Source: an uncultured Rhabdochlamydiaceae bacterium (GTDB lineage: Bacteria > Chlamydiota > Chlamydiia > Chlamydiales > Rhabdochlamydiaceae). Taken from it: a stretch of DNA of 64,000 nt. Positions 59,310-64,000 of the stretch are shown in pieces (position 1 is the first letter of the stretch; every line of letters begins with the position of its first letter). The notes under the pieces were generated by a model. The model had not been told where the DNA came from. It ran no database searches and saw only the letters and a program-made list of their open reading frames with translations. The position numbers and the translations under genes are program-made. The stretch is taken from the NCBI GenBank assembly GCA_963712275.1, contig CAVQHD010000001.1, forward strand, positions 1,088,001 through 1,152,000, given 5' to 3'.

Positions 59310-60624
59310 CAGGGCCTTCTGATGAAAAAGTTTTGACAGATTACCTCACAAATATCTTGCCTAAAATTCCTCTGAGATATTTCGGCTCATAAGTGCAACA
59401 TTTTCGAGCAGTAGAGAATCCTCGGTCGGGGTCTATTGCTTTGATTATATTCATAGAAAGACGCCTAAAAAAAGCCATGTTTTCAGCTATGAACCCAGCT
59501 TTTGCTTGAGCATCGTCTTCCTTGAAGATTACATCCAAGACCCAATGCAAAGGATTTTCAATTGACCAATGACCTCGGGTCCATCCTGCAAATTCCTTTG
59601 CGGTGCCTTTTCGGCTTGAGAAGTAATATCGGATTTCGGAAGTCTTTTTACTATTTATCTCCCTTTCAGAGACTACTTCAACGATGGCCTTTAAGGCAGG
59701 CCAGGTTGCCGTTTGCGGCAACCAGTCCAATACTGTACATACGCATATCGATCGTTGTTCGATTCTACCGTGACCTTTTTCTGGAGAAGGAAGATACCTT
59801 TCCACTTCGACTTCTTCATATTCGGCTTCTCGAGCCTGATCGAAAAAATTCTGTGCTTCAGCATGGAAATTCCCCTGGTTTCCCTTGAGTCCAATCAGAT
59901 AATCAGCTCCATGATTTAAAAACTTTTGTGCACTTGCAACATGAGCAAAAAGGGCATCTGTCGAGATCAGGGCGCCATTTACATCTACGTCTTTCAACAA
60001 AGCATCAATTACTCTTGGCTCTGACGACTTATCTGGCACTTTTTCCTGGGCCAGTACAAGCCTTTGTTCGGCTGCAAATAACTCGACAAGGTGAACGAGA
60101 CTGTCTGTCGTAGAGACCCCCTTCAGACGTTTGCCGTCGATGACAAGTAGTTGGTCTTGTAATTGCTGAGGAATGTTCGCAAACCACTTTTTTAGCAATT
60201 GCTTAAAAACCCCTGGGGATAACCTTGCAAGAAGCCACCAGAGTGTATCATAGGAGGGCGCTGGGAAAGTCCGATTGACTGACTTGTTGATCCATTCAAT
60301 ATTGAGCTCGGCATAGACGGCAAGATCGGCCACAGTATCAGCTCCACTGAGATATCCGCTAAGAATGACCAACATCAAAAACCAAAACGGGTATTGGATC
60401 TTGGAAAGCTGCCTTGGGTCATCCGTATCTGGGAAAGCTCCTTGGACGGAGCCTGCAAATTGTTCTATATCAATGTCTTGTTTTAGTTCAGAAAATCGTG
60501 GGTCTCTGGTTTTTCGACTGGGCATATTCACTCTCCTATATCGGAGAGATGAAAACAAAAGACTTTGATTTATAGCCAAGAAAATTTTACGCGACTGTCA
60601 AAACTTTTTCATCAGAAGGCCCTG
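59310..60624. mobile_element. ISAs1-family insertion sequence (1315 bp)
   Basis: Perfect 30-bp TIR CAGGGCCTTCTGATGAAAAAGTTTTGACAG; 9-bp TSD TGGCTTAGT at 59301-59309 and 60625-60633. Confidence 0.97.
59341..60525 (-). CDS. ISAs1-family DDE transposase (394 aa)
   Basis: DPRQ, IDGK, STDAL, LKGNQ, EKGHGRIEQR and RGHWSIENPLHWVLDVIFKED motifs; RBS before the ATG at 60525. Confidence 0.96.
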   Translation of the reverse strand: MPSRKTRDPRFSELKQDIDIEQFAGSVQGAFPDTDDPRQLSKIQYPFWFLMLVILSGYLSGADTVADLAVYAELNIEWINKSVNRTFPAPSYDTLWWLLARLSPGVFKQLLKKWFANIPQQLQDQLLVIDGKRLKGVSTTDSLVHLVELFAAEQRLVLAQEKVPDKSSEPRVIDALLKDVDVNGALISTDALFAHVASAQKFLNHGADYLIGLKGNQGNFHAEAQNFFDQAREAEYEEVEVERYLPSPEKGHGRIEQRSICVCTVLDWLPQTATWPALKAIVEVVSEREINSKKTSEIRYYFSSRKGTAKEFAGWTRGHWSIENPLHWVLDVIFKEDDAQAKAGFIAENMAFFRRLSMNIIKAIDPDRGFSTARKCCTYEPKYLRGILGKIFVR

Positions 60625-62399
60625 TGGCTTAGTGACCTTGGGAAGCGGCACACTTACTTTGGGCTCTGACAATAACTCTTCAACCTTTCAAGGCATGATC
60701 CAAGGAACTGGAGGGTTAACAAAAACCGGCACAGGGACGTTCACTTTATCTGGATCCAATACCTATTCTGGAATAACAACGGTTGCTCAAGGAACCTTGT
60801 CAGTCAATGGCTCGATCACGTCAAATGTCTCAGTGCTTGCAAACACCATTTTACAAGGGATTGGAACTATTACAGGAGATGTAACGAATAGTGGGACGAT
60901 TGCTCCCGGTAACTCTATTGGGACCATCAATATCGTTGGTAATACGACGTTTAACGCTGGCTCTTCTTTGGAAATAGAGTTTAATCCCTCTAGCACGGAC
61001 CTTCTTAACGTGACCGGTAGTGTCACCATCCTTCCAGGAGCCACCCTAGAACTTTTCCCCACTCCGAGCTCCTATGTGGACGGCTCTCAATTTACGATTG
61101 TCAATGGCGGCAGTATAGCAGGAACATTCAGTAACGTGACGAATAGCTTTCTCTTGCTCCACCCTATTGTTCTCTATTTTCCCACGCATATTGATTTACT
61201 TCTTAGCATAGGTTCCTTCACTGAATTTACCACAGGCAATGCCTTTCAAATTGCTCAGAGTTTAATTGGGGTTAATCCAGCGCCAGGAACCGATCTCTAC
61301 TTTGTTTATCAACAGCTCTATTCACTGGATGCTGCGCAGCTCAATCAAGCCTTTAATGAAATGCAACCCTCACTTCTCACAGGACTTTCCCTTAACCAGC
61401 AAAATAATTTTACCCTTGTCACTTCAACATTAAGAAAAAGAACCAATACCCTTCACGAGATGACGTGCGCTTCTCAAGATCGGGAGCGTCCGTGGAGTGT
61501 TTGGGGAGATGTGAGTGGCGGTTTTTTCCATCAAGAGCACCAAGATGATCAGGTCGGCTTTCACAGTGATAATGTCGTAGGAGCTGCCGGAATCGATTGC
61601 GTTTTCCTCAAACACCTTTACGTTGGAATCTTAGGTGCCTATACCTACAGCGACATTGACTGGAGTGAGTCGCTAGCAGATGGACGCATCAATAGCTATT
61701 ATGGAGGTGCTTACACCAGCTGGCTGGGCAACCTATTCTATATGAATCTATCTGTGATTGCCGCTTACAACCGGTATCATAACTCTAGAAAAATTTCGTT
61801 CGCAGCTATTGACCGGCACGCCAAGGCAAACCATCACGGAGATAGTATCACAGGCCACGTTGACCTAGGATTCATGGTGCCTAAAGGGGAAAATTTCCAA
61901 TTTTATCCCTTTGGTCAATTGGACTACATGTATACCCACCAAGCTCGCTATCGAGAGCACGGCGCTCAAAGCTTAGATCTCGTCATGGATGAGTCGAGTG
62001 CAACGATGCTTCGAAGCGAGGTCGGTATCGGGGGCAGATATTGCATTCCAGCGGGGAAAAATTATATTGTCCCTAGCGTCAAATTAAGCTGGGTGAATGA
62101 GGCGCGCTTTAAAGGTAAACATCTCACTGCAAGGCTCATCGATGTGCCCAATCAATTCACAGTCTCGGGAATTTATCCCACTCGTAATTTAATCGCTCCG
62201 GGCGCTACACTCATGGGATCCTTTTTTAACAATGCGCTGAATATCTCCGTTGCCTATGAAGGAGAATATAGCAAAAAAACAGATTACAATAGCTGTAACC
62301 TCTCATTTGTTTGGAATTACTAATAAATTTTTTGATATACAGTTGATTGACCATTGAGAAGTTCTGTGGTATGATATTTCGAACCGCAGAGGCGCTAGG

Positions 62400-63353
62400 A
62401 TGTCTATTTCAATAGTTATTTTACTCTACGCAGTTTGGTCAAGTGTTTTCTCGCTTGCTAAAGTTGCACTACAATACAGCCCTCCGATTTTTCTAACAGG
62501 AGTCCGCATGGCTCTTGCAGGAATTTTTTTACTGGCCTACCTTTTCTTTGCTAAACGGGGCGCTCTCAAGCTACAGTTTCGACAATGGATATCAATTTTT
62601 TTATTGAGTGTGTTTAGTATTTATCTGACAAATATTTTAGAATTTTGGGCACTTCAATATCTATCCGCAGCTAAAGCCTGTTTTATCTATAGCCTTTCTC
62701 CCTTCTTTGCCGCTTTTTTCTCCTACCTTCATTTTGGTGAAAAAATGAACATGCGCAAGTGGCTTGGGCTTGGGCTTGGGCTTGTGGGAATTTTACCTGT
62801 TCTTGTCCTGCAAACAGGTGTTGAAAACTTCTGGGCCGCATTTAGCTTTTTATCATGGCCTTCGCTTGCAATGATTGGGGCGGCTTTAGCCTCTGTCTAT
62901 GGATGGGTTCTTCTCCGTTTGATGGTCAAAGACCAGCAGGTTTCTCCTTTGATGGCCAATGGAAGTAGCATGCTCATTGGCGGAGCGATTGCTTTCATTC
63001 ACTCGATGATTGTTGAACCCTGGACACCCACCCCTATTGTTCATGGACAGGTCCTTTCGTTCTTAAGCTGGACCTGTTTGATGGCTTTTGTCTCCAATAT
63101 TATTTGTTACAATTTATATGGCATGCTGCTGAAAAAATTCACAGCGACATTCTTATCTTTCATGGGGCTTTTAAGTCCTGTGTTTGCTTCTTTACACGGG
63201 TGGATTTTGTTGGGGGAAATCCCTTCTTGGCAAATCCTTCTTTCAACACTCATCGTCTCTATGGGACTCTGGATTGTCTACGCTGCAGAGCTTAAACAAG
63301 GGTATATCGTGTCTAAGACAGCTTCTAAGCCTAAAACCCAGTCTATAGCGTGA
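62400..63353 (+). CDS. EamA/DMT-family transporter
   Basis: About 10 TM helices in two repeats (SPFFAAFFSYLHFGEK and SPVFASLHGWILLGE). Confidence 0.92.
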   Translation: MSISIVILLYAVWSSVFSLAKVALQYSPPIFLTGVRMALAGIFLLAYLFFAKRGALKLQFRQWISIFLLSVFSIYLTNILEFWALQYLSAAKACFIYSLSPFFAAFFSYLHFGEKMNMRKWLGLGLGLVGILPVLVLQTGVENFWAAFSFLSWPSLAMIGAALASVYGWVLLRLMVKDQQVSPLMANGSSMLIGGAIAFIHSMIVEPWTPTPIVHGQVLSFLSWTCLMAFVSNIICYNLYGMLLKKFTATFLSFMGLLSPVFASLHGWILLGEIPSWQILLSTLIVSMGLWIVYAAELKQGYIVSKTASKPKTQSIA

Positions 63354-63357
63354 AGGT

Positions 63358-64000
63358 ATGCATAAAGAGATCTATTTATCCCTTCCTAAATTTATTTGGT
63401 CCTTTTGCAGAGGGCACTTAGTCCCTCTGCTCGGTCTTTTGACCATCGGCGTTCTTTGGGCCGTTCACTTTTGTTTGAGTCCAGCCCTCATTAAAACCAT
63501 CATTGATACTGTCGCAGCTTCATCTGAGCATGGGTTTGCCCCAGCCATTTTCCCCTTTATTGGATATATCATCTTAACCCTCGTTCTTCTTGGGATTAGT
63601 ACGTGGTATGACCTCTTAGTGATGAAGACGGTTCCATCCATTCGAGCAGAGATCATTGAAACTCTTCAAAGCCGGCTGCTCTCCTACCCTTATCCTTTCT
63701 TCCAACGGCATCTTTCAGGAAGCATTGCCAATAAAATATCCGATCTTTCTAAAGGGATCACGACGATCATTACAAGCTTTATTGACAATTTCTTTTCCCG
63801 CTCCCTCCTCTTTTTTCTCGGAGTTGCAACCCTCTTTATGGTCCATCCTCTGTTTGCCGCCGCACTCATCGTTTGGGTGGTCGTTTTCTTTGGGTTGTCC
63901 TATTTGCTGTCAAAAGAATCCTTTGCCAAATCAGCCCGTTTTTCCGAAGCTCGTAGCACTGTCATGGGGGTCGTCGTTGATAGCTTGACCAATCTATTGA
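63358..64000 (+). CDS. Partial ABC exporter, N-terminal TM domain (runs off the right edge; absent from the ORF track)
   Basis: Frame is open from the ATG at 63358 to the edge: MHKEIYLSLPKFIW...FFQRHLSGSIANKISD...GVVVDSLTNLL. Confidence 0.85.
   Translation, partial: MHKEIYLSLPKFIWSFCRGHLVPLLGLLTIGVLWAVHFCLSPALIKTIIDTVAASSEHGFAPAIFPFIGYIILTLVLLGISTWYDLLVMKTVPSIRAEIIETLQSRLLSYPYPFFQRHLSGSIANKISDLSKGITTIITSFIDNFFSRSLLFFLGVATLFMVHPLFAAALIVWVVVFFGLSYLLSKESFAKSARFSEARSTVMGVVVDSLTNLL

Larger units (their letters stand above)
56572..62323 (+). pseudogene. Autotransporter adhesin (Gly-rich passenger, beta-strand repeats, beta-barrel) interrupted by ISAs1
   Basis: Signal peptide, GGA/FxxN motifs and LTKxGxGTxTLSGxNxYxGxT repeats in 56572-59309; barrel ending WNY in 60632-62323. 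Removing the IS and one TSD restores ...GAGLVTLGSG... (1475 aa). Confidence 0.92.

Overview
This is a chromosomal window from an environmental (non-Chlamydiaceae) member of Chlamydiota. The call rests on chlamydia-type gene order: groEL-groES/pepF, ihf-accA-msbA-dnaQ, pdhABC, recR-bamA-skp-lpxD and the V-type ATPase operon E-(C)-A-B-D-I-K. Accessory content sits between the core genes: eukaryote-like effector candidates (a kinase-like ORF at the left edge and an F-box/ankyrin protein), a GNAT/APH/GrpB/GyrI cluster, an AAA-ATPase-nuclease gene behind a fourfold palindrome, an Rpn nuclease gene, and a ~1475-aa autotransporter split by an intact ISAs1 element (30-bp TIRs, 9-bp TSD). The most unusual signal is a set of at least four families of 160-180 bp palindromic miniature elements, plus collapsed remnants, several of which alter genes. 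One adds 57 aa in frame to a protein. One replaces the C-terminus of V-ATPase subunit I but carries an ATGA stop/start overlap that re-enters the original frame. One rewrites the tail of a GNAT gene. One family shows compensatory base changes and a shared core inside different outer arms. No rRNA, tRNA or CRISPR array was recognised. All function calls come from motif recognition by eye; no searches were run.
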